DNA of 64,000 nucleotides from Takakia lepidozioides (GCA_030704615.1 CM060731.1:14260001-14324000); one strand, 5' to 3'. Shown: positions 37,652 through 51,107, numbered from the stretch's first letter. The notes: generated by a model not told the origin, from the sequence alone. Numbers and translations are program-made.

Positions 37652-40600
37652 CTACAGCTTTGCTATTGACTTCCCGTCACCAACCGGTAGGCCTGTAGGG
37701 AAAGCAGCACCATATTGTGAGCCTTGCAAAAGGACCTTGCAAAAGGACCGGGAGAGAGAGAGGTGGGCAAGGATAACAAAGAACTCCATTTTAAAGGGCC
37801 ATTGAAAAAATAGGAGAAGCATTCTGTCTCTATCTACTTATAAAGTTTCTCTATTTCATTCTCTCTCTATGTGTACTCCTAGAGAGGGAAGCAGGCACAA
37901 CCACAGTTGCACATACATAAAGGAGGCTCTCATGTTACAAGTCTTCACATACCAAGGGCTTTGGCATTCACAATACTTGGAGATGCAGCTGGGGGTGACA
38001 AATTCTCATCCAGGAATGGCTCGATGTTGTTTGGGTTGGGCCATACTGGGTACCCCTTGATCTTGCCCTGTAAAAAAATTAGCAACAAACTCTTTTAGCA
38101 CAGAAAATTACTTCCAGAGTCAATTGTCGAATATTTTTACCTCATATGGAGGTGTCGACTTACAAACAGAGGATTGGAAATCCAACTGCCACTAAAGCAA
38201 GCCAACTAATCTTTAGTGGCTCTTAACCATTTATTGAGGGCACACCAGCAGGCTGAAGCCCTTGATCAGCTGTCATCCCATGCTGGATTATTCAGACCAC
38301 CAAAATCAACAAAGTTCCAAAACCGCAAAAGAATGCCGGCAAATAAACTTACGGCAATGTTCAAAGCAGCCAGAGTTGCCATTCCCTCTCGTGTCCACTG
38401 CACAACATGTGATTTTCACATTATCTTTTTCGTGGAGTACTGAAGAGAAACACAACTGCAACAAACTTCACTGAAAAATCTAGTATAGGCTACTGTCCAC
38501 CAAGGAACTGTCACCACAAAGCAAGCTTGGAAGAGAAACAAAGATTAAAAAGCAAGTCGACCATAGTGTGTACAAGCTACAGGTGTATCACACCTCTGTA
38601 TCTCTCTTGCAATAAAATGCCTCGAAAGAATGTGTAGTGGGTAATCATCCCCAATCATTATACACAGAACTGGCAGGAAAACCAAACCTTGGAGGCGGAT
38701 GCAATGTGTGGTACCACCACAGCATTTGGCAGCTCTGCAAGTCCTGGCTTCATGTATGGCTCGTCCTACAGGAAAGTGCAACCCAACCCACCCCATCATA
38801 TTCATGTCCCACTGTGCCTGTTAAGAACTTGCTGTCATCATTGTTGGACTTCAGTGGGTCCTACTTATCCCATGACCAAAGGCTCCGGACAAATACTGGG
38901 ACAGAGGGCATTCAGTGGTGCCATGTGTAACTATATAATTCTGTCTAGACTAGGTGCCCAGAAGCATCAAATGTTTGCAGCTCAATGTGACAGTACTCAT
39001 GTACTCATGGGAGTTTCAATCTCAATTCTCAATTTAAGCCCTTTCCTGACAGGAGTATACAATGGTTGGCTCCAGCAAACTTGGCTCTCTCTCTTGACGG
39101 CCACCCACTCACCTCAAACACATCAAGTCCAACACGGAACATGGGATTGACTTTGAGATGTGCCACCAAGGCCTCTTCATCAATGACTGGTCCTCTGCTT
39201 GCATTCACCAGCACTGCCTCCTGTTATAGCCAACCATCAGCAAAAAGGTACCAGCACATGGGTCAACAGCATGCCAAGAAAAAAATTAAAGTAATGAAAG
39301 AAGAACTTGACTTCAGTCAATGCTGTCATGATGAGACAAGCCTTCTCTAGGAACTACTGATACCCACATACTGGTGCAGCAATTGGTGGGGTGGAGACGT
39401 GGAGACTGGAGACGCACCACTTGTGTAACAGTGAGTTTCCAGCACTTTCAATTTTTACTGTACATGCCTGAGATCCAATCAGGATTGCTGTAAACCTCTC
39501 ACAGTTTTTAATTTTCACTAAATACACAGTTTTCAACATCTCCCATCACCACAGGAGCTTGACTCGTCATATCGTGAAAAGAAAGTGCCTCACCTTCTTC
39601 ATAATGGAGAGACGCTCTTTGTTAATGAGGTGATATGTTGTTTTATCCAGAATAGGATGCAAACTCACCTGCAACACCAAAACTGACATCATCTGGTAAA
39701 GTTCGTTTAGAAAATACCCCCCATCCTGTTTGCAATATAGCAATGTCAAGTACTCATTCTTCTTGCACTACACCTGCACCTCCTACCACTATATTTCCTT
39801 ATGCCGGGCACCTAATTTCCAGACTTGGCTTATCAATGAGGGTTTGGACAGGAAAGCTTGTTGAATTACTTAAAAGTTGCTTTCTATGACAGAGAGCGGA
39901 TGATGGAGCTGATTGATCTCTAGCCTTTCTGAAGTGTTGCTACAAGGATCAACATGGATGGTCGGGAGGACATATGCCAAGTGCATCGCTGAACCAGGCG
40001 AGGTGACACTCATACCACATCTGCTTCCTTCAGAACCTCCTCTGGACTGGCAGCTCTTCGCCAATATACTGGACTCTCCCCCTGCGACTTCAAGAATTCT
40101 CCATATGCTGATCAATGCCAAATGTAATATCAGAGGAGGGGCAAGCTGATTAGATGTGCAAAACTGGAATGGCATAGAGTATGATGTAAGAAATGGCACC
40201 CTGTGAAAGAATCAACGCACCCGAAAAGCTAAGTGAAGTGTCTCAGAGCATCGTACTTGACCATTTCTAGCTTACTCACTTAGGATGTGGCTACTCAGCA
40301 ATAAGCATGGGATCCTTGAGTTTTAAAATCCTCCTTATGGTCAATGTGCGGGGAAGATGCCAGGTTAACATGATACATGCTCTTCTATTGCTCCCTTGCC
40401 TACCATTCTTGAATAGTACGTCCCAGACTGTAGGACTCCTCAATTTCCCATGCTTCCTATTAGCAAGATTGGGCATCCTGCATGTCCATGCCACTAAATC
40501 ATTGCCACAAGTGTCTGTCTTGGCTCTGCAAGGGTGGAACAAAGCCACGACAGCCCATAAATTATCGGACTATTTATGCGTCACATGGACCAACCTGTCA

Positions 40601-42831
40601 CGAATTTCTCAAGTCTCGTTGACTGATACAAGTCGTAGTAGATGACATTCATCTTGAAACCTTCTATCTGCAGAAGAAATGAAGTATAGGGACAGTTAGC
40701 TGTATGACTATGCAGGACTATCAAAGGTAACAAATGCTGATGCTTTGGCCTGTCACCCTTAATACATCCTCTCAGACATTCTCCTGTGTGGAAAGGTAAT
40801 CCAAGCTTTTCGGTGACAATCACCACTCTTCCACCTGAAAAGTGTCTAAGTACTCAGAAATCATATAAAAATACTTGATTGATCCCAGACAAGAGAAGAA
40901 GTGGCAGTCAAGCAGGATGCTGTACCATCATGCGTGCATAGGCAGTTCCAATCCTTCCAGCTCCAATAATGCCAACAGTCTGCCCTTTCAACAAATTGCC
41001 AACAAACCTACACCACAGTCACAAAGTATAGTCAGCATTGCAAGGATGAAAAACTCTGCCCTGAAGGGTCTCCAGAGTAGACTCAGCAGAGTCTAGCATA
41101 AGGATAACGAGGAAAAGAACAATACAGAGTTGGAAGCCAGCCTTCGTATTTTCCGGCACGCATAAAGTCATCCGCTTCCACTACCCTCCGAGCTGCTGCC
41201 ATGGTCAATGCTGCAGCAAGCTCTGCTGTCGTTTCTGTCAGCACACCCTGCATATACCGTCCCAATGTCAAGCCTACTGCTCCCGCTTCGAGGAAGAGAG
41301 CTGGCGATGCCGAAAAACTGTGAAAACAAACCAACTGCTTACGACGCCAGCGCTTCGAGACCCAACTATTCAAACTGTCTGACAAAGAGAGACTGCTGAC
41401 TCCAGTGAGAAGTGGTAAAACTACGTACAGGAGTATTGCCAACTGCAATACCATGTCTAGTGGCAACGTCCACGTCCACATTGTTGTAGCCAACAGCCAT
41501 GTTACTGAAGGCATGCCCCCCAGCTTTTTTTAAGGCACCAAAAAGAGTCTCCCCCCAGTCCTCTGTCAACTGCACAACATCAAATTTACGATTGCTCACC
41601 AAATGTGTCAGTTTTCTTCATGATGAAATCAACTACAGAGTAGAGACAACGACTAAGACCAGCAAGAAACACATTGTTGAAGAGTAAATATTGTGGGGAG
41701 TATGAATATGTGGGAGAGATGATGCTGCGGACCTGTCCAATAACCCCATCACACCGGGTTCCAATAAGCAAAAGAATGTCTTCTACACTGAGGATGGTCT
41801 TGGTTTCTGTGCAGACCTGCGCTCACATAGTTTGCACACCTTCATGGGTCAGAGCCAATAGATGCTCGATGGTCGATGCTACCATATGATGCCAAACTCA
41901 TTAACAAACTACTGCGAGAAAAGCAGGAGACAGACAGGCAGATACCCAACCATGATGCCCACTAACCAGCATGGAATTAGTGGGAGGAAATGTCAGCCTT
42001 GGTCAGCCTTCAATGACAGTGTGCAAATGTTATGTACAATATGTGCAAGCAAAAATTCCAGAAACACAGTGCAAACCGAAATGTGCAATTCCTCCCTTCC
42101 AAACCAGGCTGCAGTATTTGTCATAAGTGAGGTCTACACTATACTTAAGTCTGGCACTGTGGCATTCTTGAACAGCCAAGAAATGGCCTTATAAGCTAGC
42201 ATACAGCATCATGGCATTAACTATAAGCATTTCTTCCCATGAATGAATACTGTCAGAGAATCTCAATCATGTCACCACAAAAAAAGCTGCATTGACACAC
42301 GCCCGTGCTTATGACAAGAGTCAGAGATCTGGTCTGGATTGAATGGTTAACATCTTCCAGAAAATTCGGAAGATTGAACAAATGTCAAGGTGCCAGTGTA
42401 CTTGTCAACATCTGAATGCAAATGCTTCTTACTTACACGAGGCTTGCACAAATTGGTTGAGTAGCCAGTACAATAAAGATTGAAGTCTGCGTGATTACAA
42501 TCCAATCGCGCCAAAACATTTTTTTCAGCCGGAATGCATAATCTGCCGTCTTGGTGAAGACGCAGCCCAACCATCAACGGTAGCCCTTTCGAGTTCGAAG
42601 ACACAAAAATCCCACCAGGATTTTGAAATTCTTTAAATCCAAGCTTACGGAATCCTTGCAGGTGCGAGGGTGCCAATTCATTCAGGAATGGAAGGCAATG
42701 CAACGGTATACCTCAACACGGCAACCAACGTCAGTAAGGGCGCGTATCCATCGCACACCCGGCATAGACTTGGTGCTCACCACGCGGAAGCTGCCCCCTG
42801 CATTGTAGACCTTCACTGCGAGGCTCGCCAT
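37652..42831 (-). CDS. HPR1: Peroxisomal NADH-dependent hydroxypyruvate reductase (glycerate dehydrogenase), 13 exons
   Basis: Exons from 42712-42831 (MASLAVKVYN..RVVSTKSMPG.RW) through FSNMAVGYNNVDV, GNTPGVLTETTAELA, GIIGAGRIG, VSLHP, LVNASRGPVIDE, GLDVFE, VVPHIASASKWTREGMATLAA to a last exon ending KSIAKL* (PTS1-type). Confidence 0.96.
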
Positions 42832-44284
42832 CGCCAAATTCTGCAAGCTCTCTCTGCACGCTCTCTCTCTCACTGTAGCTGTCCTCGAGGAAGATAAGAG
42901 GGGGTCAATAGGTCACTCCGACCGGCACCATCGGTCCGTTTCTCGTCCATCTCTCAGAGACCACCCCTTTTCTCATCCAGAAGAAGGTGGGGCCATGTGA
43001 GATGACCGACACCTGGCAAGAGCCGATGAACTAGAAGGAGGGTCCTGTCCTGTCTGTGATCTCTAATGTGTGATGCGTGTGTGAAGGCAGGGTGCATGCA
43101 CCACCCCTCAACCCAATGGCTAGAAACAGCCCGTTTCAAGCATCGCAAGGGGGGCTGAATGGATCCTGTGTCTCATAATCTTCGTGTGTTTCTCAGTTTT
43201 GTCTGCACGATGTTTGAAAGCTGAGCGAGTGCCACAATTACAAAAGCACCTCCTCCATAGATCCATCTGTGCATGCAAAGCAAGATCATTTCTTTGTTCA
43301 CGCAGGCGGGCGAATTCAACGGATTGACATGCCACAAATTTCGAAGATTGTTCATGGCTCAGGGTACAATAAAATCGGCTGCGCTTGAAAACAGTTGGAC
43401 AATACTCTGCATCATCCGTCTATCTCCTCGACAAAATATGTTTCCACAGCCATTCCGAGAAGGTTTTGGGTGCCCATGGCACTCCTCAAGGCCCTTCAAA
43501 TGAGGATTGTCCTGACAGTGGGGCAGGGTGCGAGGAAGCTGCCATTGCATGATGTCACCAATCCGCAAAAAATTGATGATAAGACAGGAGACCCAGCGCA
43601 TTCATTTGGCAGCAGGTGAGAAGTGTGTAAGGGGGTACTTCCAGGCCTCACTGCAGTTAGCAAGAGAGTGCTTCATTTGTGTTTCAGGTGCTTTATACTA
43701 TTAAGAGCTTTTCCATTTGGAGCCACTTCTCACTCTTCAGAAAGCACTCAACAGGGAATCACCTTGTTGAATTGGACTTCAAGTTAACTTTCATTTCCAA
43801 AGAGGCTAGTGCTTGATATGCTGATGTAATCAAAATCCACAGGATCTCTTGTTTGCAAGGTCAAAAGTAATTGGCTTGGCCTTAAGGCGAGAGACAGAGA
43901 GAGGGGTAAGTTACAGGGGAGAGACCTGCATATAGACAGTGCAACACCTTTCTTGTCACTTCCCTTTCGCAGACGCTGTGATGGCATTGAAGGGCTAAGC
44001 AGGGAGTAAGAGAGAGAATCCTTCTGACTCCAAATGGAATTGCAAATTAACATGGAGGGACCAGAAGTAAACGGCAGACAGAAGTCACCCAAAGCTTCAA
44101 ATAAGGCAAACTGCTAAGAACAGTCAAGAGCATCCATGAGTCAGTGAGGACCAATTGATTATTGGGCTGGACAACAACATGGCATGGAACATGGAATTTT
44201 ACATTACATAAATCTCCACCTTAAGATCCCCTAATTGATTCCGCTCTCATTGCAGGATTTATGGTTCCCGGGGGAGGTGTTTCC

Positions 44285-45853
44285 CTACACAGTGAGCTTC
44301 TGTGATTCCTTCCTAAGGGCATTGGCTCTGATTAAACTACCAATGGTGTTGAACGCCAATTTGATATCATCCAGTGGGTTGCCAGGCACCACAACCTTGT
44401 ATAAATAGCTGTCAAAGGTCATCTTTTGAACATAGTCATCAGCGCACATCTCAACAAATGCCTCCCGAGCAGGGTTGGATCTGTAAAAGACCTTCTGAAG
44501 GATGTCGAGTACCTTGTAGGTGGCCCAGTACTTTTTATCCCACTTGTTTAAATACACTCTCAAGTCTGTCTCATTCACCATCCTGGTTCCATTAGCCGAG
44601 CCCTCAACAATGGCCTCTGCACACATACGCCCAGACTTTGCTGCGAAGTAGATGCCCTCCCCTGAGCATTTGGTAACATACCCGGCGGCATCCCCAACCA
44701 AGGCTACTCGGTTGCTAGCCCGACGAGGTCTGGGGTGCTCAGGGATGGGATGAGCCTCCACTCTGATGATCTTTCCACCTGCAATCTTATCTTTGGCCCG
44801 ATTGCGAGTGGCAGTCTGATACTTCTTAATTGCAGGCTTGTTGATCACAGTGCCGGTTCCCACAGCAACGTGATCGCACTTGGGAAACACCCACCCGTAG
44901 AAATCAGGGGAGACATCGTCTCCTACATACATCTCTGCCAAATTCTCGTAGTACGCCATCTTATCTTCGGGAATCTTAATTCTCTCTTGGAATGCTATGG
45001 CATAGTCGTACTCTCCAGCATCAATGTCTTTGGCCACTCTGCTGTTAGCACCATCAGCTCCAATGACAGCGTCCACCTCCAGAATGGAGGCAACTCCCAC
45101 CTTGGACATCCCATCGAACTTCGTGTAGTGCAGAATGTATGGGCTTTCGTCATCCTTTGGAACCTCCATTCTCAAGAACAAGCCATTGATAACATCAGCC
45201 CCGCTTTGGGCTGCCCGCTCACGAAGGAAAGAATCAAGCACCTCCCTTCTCACCATCCCAATATACTCATCGTCATTCAAGGTTTTCCCCACATCCACAG
45301 CCACATTCGACGGCGAAATCATCTTCATCTTCGTCACCTTTCGGTCAATGATCTCCGGGGGGAGATCAAACTCCCCAACCATGCAAAGCGGGATAGCTCC
45401 CCCGCAGGGCTTGGCGTTGTCCAGCTTCCTCTCTATCAGAAAAGTCTCAATTCCACCCTTGGCAAGAGTTTCTGCGGCACATCCCCCTGCAGGCCCGCCC
45501 CCAATAACAGCCACTCGCAGCTTCCGCCCCTCCAGTTTCTTTCTCGTCTTCCCCGCATACACCGTCAGCGCTGTCGACCTCTCGCGTGCTACTCCCTGCG
45601 CGTGCTCAAAACTCTGGAGAGCCTCAATTCCACTCACAGACCCCCCAGACATCGGAAGGCCACGAAATCCCTGGAATACCCTCACAGCCTGCCTCCCCTT
45701 CGCAGCAGACGCTCCCCGCACATGCCTCGTTGCCCCCTCAACCCGCAACACAGCCTGCGCTGCCTCTGAGACTCGGCAACCATAGCCAGAGCTCTGATGG
45801 CCCAGAGATGCCATGCCTGTGCCCACCATTGCAGCCTGCAGCGATGCCGCCAT
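44285..45853 (-). CDS. CHLP: Geranylgeranyl diphosphate reductase, chloroplastic (intronless, 522 aa from MAASLQ)
   Basis: Transit-peptide-like N-terminus, LRVAVIGGGPAG FAD motif, AKPCGGAIP, GADGANS, ALVGDAAGYVTKCSGEGIYFAAKSG. Confidence 0.97.
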   Translation of the reverse strand: MAASLQAAMVGTGMASLGHQSSGYGCRVSEAAQAVLRVEGATRHVRGASAAKGRQAVRVFQGFRGLPMSGGSVSGIEALQSFEHAQGVARERSTALTVYAGKTRKKLEGRKLRVAVIGGGPAGGCAAETLAKGGIETFLIERKLDNAKPCGGAIPLCMVGEFDLPPEIIDRKVTKMKMISPSNVAVDVGKTLNDDEYIGMVRREVLDSFLRERAAQSGADVINGLFLRMEVPKDDESPYILHYTKFDGMSKVGVASILEVDAVIGADGANSRVAKDIDAGEYDYAIAFQERIKIPEDKMAYYENLAEMYVGDDVSPDFYGWVFPKCDHVAVGTGTVINKPAIKKYQTATRNRAKDKIAGGKIIRVEAHPIPEHPRPRRASNRVALVGDAAGYVTKCSGEGIYFAAKSGRMCAEAIVEGSANGTRMVNETDLRVYLNKWDKKYWATYKVLDILQKVFYRSNPAREAFVEMCADDYVQKMTFDSYLYKVVVPGNPLDDIKLAFNTIGSLIRANALRKESQKLTV

Positions 45854-45918
45854 CGCTGCAATGGAACAATGCAGCACCAGCGCTGTGCAATCCCAGCGAG
45901 GAAGACACAAGCCACACA

Positions 45919-45921
<3 letters not shown>

Positions 45922-45959
<38 letters not shown>
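45922..45959. repeat. (AG)n microsatellite in CHLP 5' region
   Basis: Visible AG dinucleotide run ~70-105 bp upstream of the CHLP ATG. Confidence 0.95.
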
Positions 45960-47515
45960 AACAGAAGAAGTACAAGACACAAATGTGACCATTTCTGCAC
46001 GGAAGACAGAGCGCAATGGGTGTGCACCAATGGGTACAGGCCACCTGGAGTGCAATCTTCAGGGCACAAAGGGTGTGCACCAATGGATACAGGCCAGGTG
46101 GATGGAATTGCAGCTCTGGATATATGGGTGGCCTAAACTTGCGCCGGAGATAATAACAATGTCTTTTGCATGACACAGGGCCTTTGGCATGTCAGGGAAG
46201 TGTTGTGGGTATTTTGCGGAGTGGGATTTGGAAATACGACACCGGAATGTTCTCTACATTTGGGAATGGTCTACACTAAGGGTAGGACCTTATCGAACCA
46301 TTGAAACACCAGACGTAGAGTATTTCTGCTGCAGATGTAGTGGAGAATGTGGAATTGTCCAGCCTTACAAAGTTTTGGAGTCACTTCTGGAAGAGAAAAT
46401 TGCGACACTTGCATCACACAGCTGACATCCTTTTCACAATTAGTCCTAGGAAGAGCTTCATCTTGACCAACTTCTGGAATCATCAAATGTTAGATATCCT
46501 TCCTCCTAAGCGTGTACCACAACTTTACATGCCAGATACTTCTTCAATCATGCTCATACTCTCCTGACAATTAGATAGCCTCTTCATGTCTAGCTATGTC
46601 ATCTGGCTTCCCTGATTTGAAGGCAGGGTTGCTAACCAGTGGTATAGTGTCCATGCAGGGCCTTGCTCACAGTTTTTCTACAATGGATTCACTTGGCTTT
46701 CCAGATGCTCTTTGAGAAGCCAAGAGGGGAACTCAGGCTGCCAAGCTGCAGCATGATACATAGCATGGGTGATGCCAACAAAGATGGGAGAAGCTTACTC
46801 CAGCATGTCACTTGTGCAGCTTTGTTGGTCATCTTCAACGTTCACTTTGTTGTCCCAGTGAGCATCTCCAGCCGGTGGAGCCTCCCCACCGAACTGAAAA
46901 TGTAAGGGTTGGTGGACAACTGTCAAATCAAACTGTGCGAATATATCAACTGCTATGGGTTCCAGTAGCTGCTGCCTTGTTCAATTCTCTCGACACAAGG
47001 ACTGGCTACATGCAGGGTTTCTTGTCACTGCCACAGATCGAAGCAAAGAGGAGTGTGCAGTAGATGGAACTGTCAATAATAGGGAAAATGTTGTGGAACT
47101 AGCTGCCTCTTGTATTTTGCATTGGACTAGCAGTGTTGAGGCGCACCCTCCCAAAGGATCTCTCATACAACAGCCGGTTCTACAACACTGCATGGTGATT
47201 TTAGAATATCTACGCTGCAGGTTCATTGCCTGGGCTGACCACAGGAGGTTGAGCACTAAAGCAGAAAGTATCTTTTCCAAGGCTCTAGAGGCACTGGAGC
47301 TAAAGATAGGGTCGCTGAAAACAAATTTGTTTCTATGAGTCCTCTTTGTGACACTTTTCTGGCAGTTTCAAGATAACAATAGAAAGTTTCCTTCCCTTCA
47401 GATGTTCAGGACTGACGATTCCTAGTGCATGGACCAAAAATTCTGGTACATCACAACACAACATAATGCACAAGCTACAAAGCATCCTGATTTTGGAACT
47501 TCTCTTGTGACAGAC

Positions 47516-47562
47516 CTTTGGTGAAAGACGGGCTTAGTCTGACCTCCATAACCAGACTGCTT
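47516..47562 (-). pseudogene. RPL36A: Isolated fragment of ribosomal protein L36a/eL42 exon
   Basis: KQSGYGGQTKPVFH (eL42 GGQ signature) followed by a GT donor. The rest of the gene is not seen. Confidence 0.75.
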
Positions 47563-47614
47563 CACATTCAAAGGATTAAGAGTACGCACACTGAAAGGGT
47601 CCAAGAAAAATGCC

Positions 47615-47945
47615 ATCTCCACCCAATGAAGGGCAGCTCACAGAAGGAACAGAGCAAAACTGCCAAGTTTGTCACCACCCAATGAAGGAGCACATTCAGA
47701 GGACAGAGGAAAGCCACCGTGGAGACAAACCAGACAGGGGTCAAGTTTGTCACACTCAGTGGGTAGAGAGTAGCCACTACAAAGAGGACGACCGCCACCC
47801 AATTAAGGATCACAGACAAGAAGAACACAATGGCCGACCCGTCAAAAAGGACCTAGAAAAGTGCCAAATTTGTCACCACCTGATGAAGGAACACAATCGG
47901 AAGATGCACAATGCAGAGCTAGGAAGGTGTCAAGTTTGTCGCAGA
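47615..47945. repeat. Degenerate tandem repeat (core TGCCAAGTTTGTCACCACCCAATGAAGGA)
   Basis: Core or variants at ~47661, ~47741, ~47862 and ~47928. Confidence 0.65.
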
Positions 47946-50379
47946 AAAGCGAAGAAGCACACTAAAAAATACCGAGTAGCCACAGCGAAGAACGCGATGG
48001 CCCCTGCACTCTATGGTGATAGAACGAGTTCAAGAACGCGATGGCAGGAGCTCCGCTGCCCGGTTTTTAATCGCAGACCGAGGTTTAACACCTCTCTAAA
48101 TCCAATGCCCCGGTGAGCTAGACGTCAGTGGAGAACTCTCACTTGTATTTCTTAGATACCTACCACGATGTCGAGCGAGAGAAACCCTAGTGCAACGCCA
48201 AGTCCAAAAGAAATCTAACATTTGCGCCTACAGAGGCTCGAAATTCAGGTGCGGTTCTTCTTGTGTTTCCAATTGATATCATCCTCTGGGTCAATGGGGG
48301 ATGGCCACGGGCTAGCTGGGCCACCATAGATCGGGTATAAGGAGCAGCGTTCCCCCTCTCGGGAGCACATGATTCCCCTTTGCCAAGTGGTAACGACAAC
48401 AAGTTCCCTTACAGCGTTCTGTATCGTTCAAAGGAAAATCAGAGAGTAATAAAAGAGTATACTTGTCTGTTCGTCATCAGTATAAAAGGTCCGTTGATGC
48501 AGTCAAGACACAGTCCAGCTGAACATTGTGATCACACTTGTCATTCATTTTTCTGAAGGAAAGCAATCTCCTCAAATCATACATGCAGGTCATTTGGGAG
48601 CATTGAACAATCAGCTGATGTTCACAACTTCTAAAGGATACTTTGTATCCCCCTGACTCTACTTACCCCAATGCAGTGAAAGGGCAAGCAAAATTGTTTT
48701 GAATCCTGATTCCTACGGTCAGTAGATGCTTGTCCCCAAGACAAAGGGCCTCCACAAAAAATTTTAGGATTTAGACAAAAATTGCAAGGTGGATAGCCTT
48801 TTGGCAATTTTCCGGCGTGCCAATTCAGGCATTTGGGTGCTGGTCCGGTGACTTCCCCGGCAACCTAGTGTTGGGCCACGTCAGGCAAAAACGCAGGGCC
48901 CGCGTAGGGCGAAAAGCAAAACCGAAACGAGCCCCCGAGTCGCCCGTCACCACGGCGACTACCCAACCCGGCCAACTGCCTCACTTCCCTGCAACATGAC
49001 AAGGTCTCTCTCTCTCGCCCTCCTTGACGTAATAGGTTGGCACCATGAAAAGACAAGATACAGACAGATATACTCGTTGATCATTCTAAGGTAATGTGTT
49101 GTCCTTCTGGGCTGGTCAGTTTTCATGGCAACTGACATCCAACCAGACCACCCACATCTGCCGTAAATTGCATGAAAGGCACAGACAAGGGGGATGATTA
49201 TGGTCATTCTAACCTGCACCAAATCACATGAAGCGTCATGGATGCTTACTTGACAATGGTGGTAACATGCAGCAAATGTTTCATCTGCTGTGACATATGC
49301 CTCAAGTTCTCGTTGTGCTGAAATCTGGTACAAACCTGACACTAGACCCTAGATTTTTACCGTTCAGACCAGCTCTTTCCCTTGTTTTTGATATTTGGCC
49401 ATGCTTCCCAGGCAGGAAAGTAATAAGTATGACTAAACTTTGCTCCAGAACGCTGCCCAAAACAAAAGCAGAGTGAATTAGATTGGCAATCCAGCCAGGG
49501 GCAGCCGATATATAGGCATTACAAGGGTGCCTTTGCAGCGGAACACCTGGTGCTTACCATGGGGAATCTGTAACATTCATATACCAACGAAGTGGTAATA
49601 GAGCTTACAAGACACCAGGTCATTGCTAGATGGTTTATTGCCAATACAATCCACATAAAGTACAAGCAAAATGGAATTGGTCTCAAATTTGTCAAAACGA
49701 AATCAGGTTACAAACTGGATTTTTGAAGTTGATAACTGATTACCATCCAAAACCAGAACTGAGGAGGATTCGAACTCCCTGATCTGCCCGTACGTGCAGC
49801 CAGTCCCCCCCCCCCAAAGCAGCCAGAGAAACCCCACTCCCCAACAAGGCAGCAAACCCCCACTACAACAACCCCCTGGAGACCCCAAAAATCTGCAACC
49901 ACCAAACCTGCACAACAGACACCATGAAAGCAAACATGAAAGCAAAGAGGCAGAATGCGGCGGCAGATTGCGGAATGCAATAAGTGCATTGCGAGCATTC
50001 CCTGTAGAAATCCGGGTCACAAAATCCCTAGGGCCTGGCGCTCCTTCAATCGCCTCTCGAGCGCTGGAGTGTAAACACACATGAATCCCAAAAATGAAGC
50101 AAACTGAAGCTCCATGTCGAGCTGCAGCGAAGCGCACGCAGGAAGAGAGGACTCGCCAATTGCGTGCGAAAGCCTTACCCAACCCGCCACCCTGCACTGG
50201 CCCCAGGCTTTGGCGGGTGTCCTTTCCATGATGGCGCGGGGCCATGCAGGGCCAACCGACACACCCCGCAGGTGGCCCCCGCCGCCGCAGTTCGCCGATT
50301 TACCCCTTTGCACCGGCCACGTGGCTGGTCACACAACGTGGCCCCCCTCAAAACCATTCATTTTCTGACTTTGAAAAAT

Positions 50380-50552
50380 CCTGGCATGCACGGCTTTTAC
50401 TCAAATCCCGATTATTTTGCAGGCGCGTGTGGAGGACAACGAGGCGAACATTTTTCGTTCAGACGGCGCTTCCATCGGAATTCATCCGCGGAAGCTACAG
50501 GGATGGATGTAAAACGATGCGACCCGATTCGGGTCGCGTCGTCCTTTAGGGG
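50380..50552 (-). mobile_element. Solo terminus of a piggyBac-type element
   Basis: ...GTCGCGTCGTCCTTTAGGGG followed by TTAA (50553-50556). Its reverse complement matches the left end of the 52707 element at 18 of 21 nt. Inner boundary approximate. Confidence 0.6.
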
Positions 50553-51107
50553 TTAAAAGAGTAATTCACAAAGGCTGCAGAAACAAATTGCAGACTGCTA
50601 TATACCGAGTATAATCACAGAAGAGAAGTGGCCCTGCCTCGCCGCACACTTCAAAATTCTCCGGATAGTAAACTATCGCTGTGCTGCCCTGGCCAGGCCC
50701 TTTAGATGACAAAGTCTCCCACCAACCGTTAAACTAATACTGACACTGCTTTCTTCTTGTCCTGTGAAAACGGGTCCAGGGTTGAATTCGCACTGCTACG
50801 TTTCGGAAAGTGTGGAATATTGTCAAAGTCTCTTGACTCCTTGACTCTAAGGGATTGAAATGAAAGACCCGTGCGTTGAGAGAAGAATCAGTGGGAACCA
50901 GTCCAATGCATTGACTCTTGGGACACATGATATGAAAACATGCTTGGAAAACATGCTTGTACATATAAACTTATGACCCCCGGTGAGTCACGCATGAGAG
51001 AGACAGAGAGACAGAGAGAGCGGACTAGATCACCGACATACTTGTAAACGTTGTTTTGCAAGAGAGTTCCATAAGCCAAACAAACTCCCGAGGGAGCAGC
51101 CGGCTTC

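Noticed and set aside
44735-45785. 344-aa and 216-aa plus-strand ORFs
   Set aside because: Antisense shadows of CHLP with no independent motifs.
45854-46069. 72-aa N-terminal extension of CHLP in the 594-aa ORF call
   Set aside because: It runs through the (CT)n microsatellite (LSLSLS). MAASLQ at 45853 gives a normal transit peptide.
47610-48116. Multiheme cytochrome c (CxxCH motifs)
   Set aside because: No targeting signal, only two exact CxxCH motifs, and both arise from a degenerate DNA repeat. Kept only as a low-level finding.
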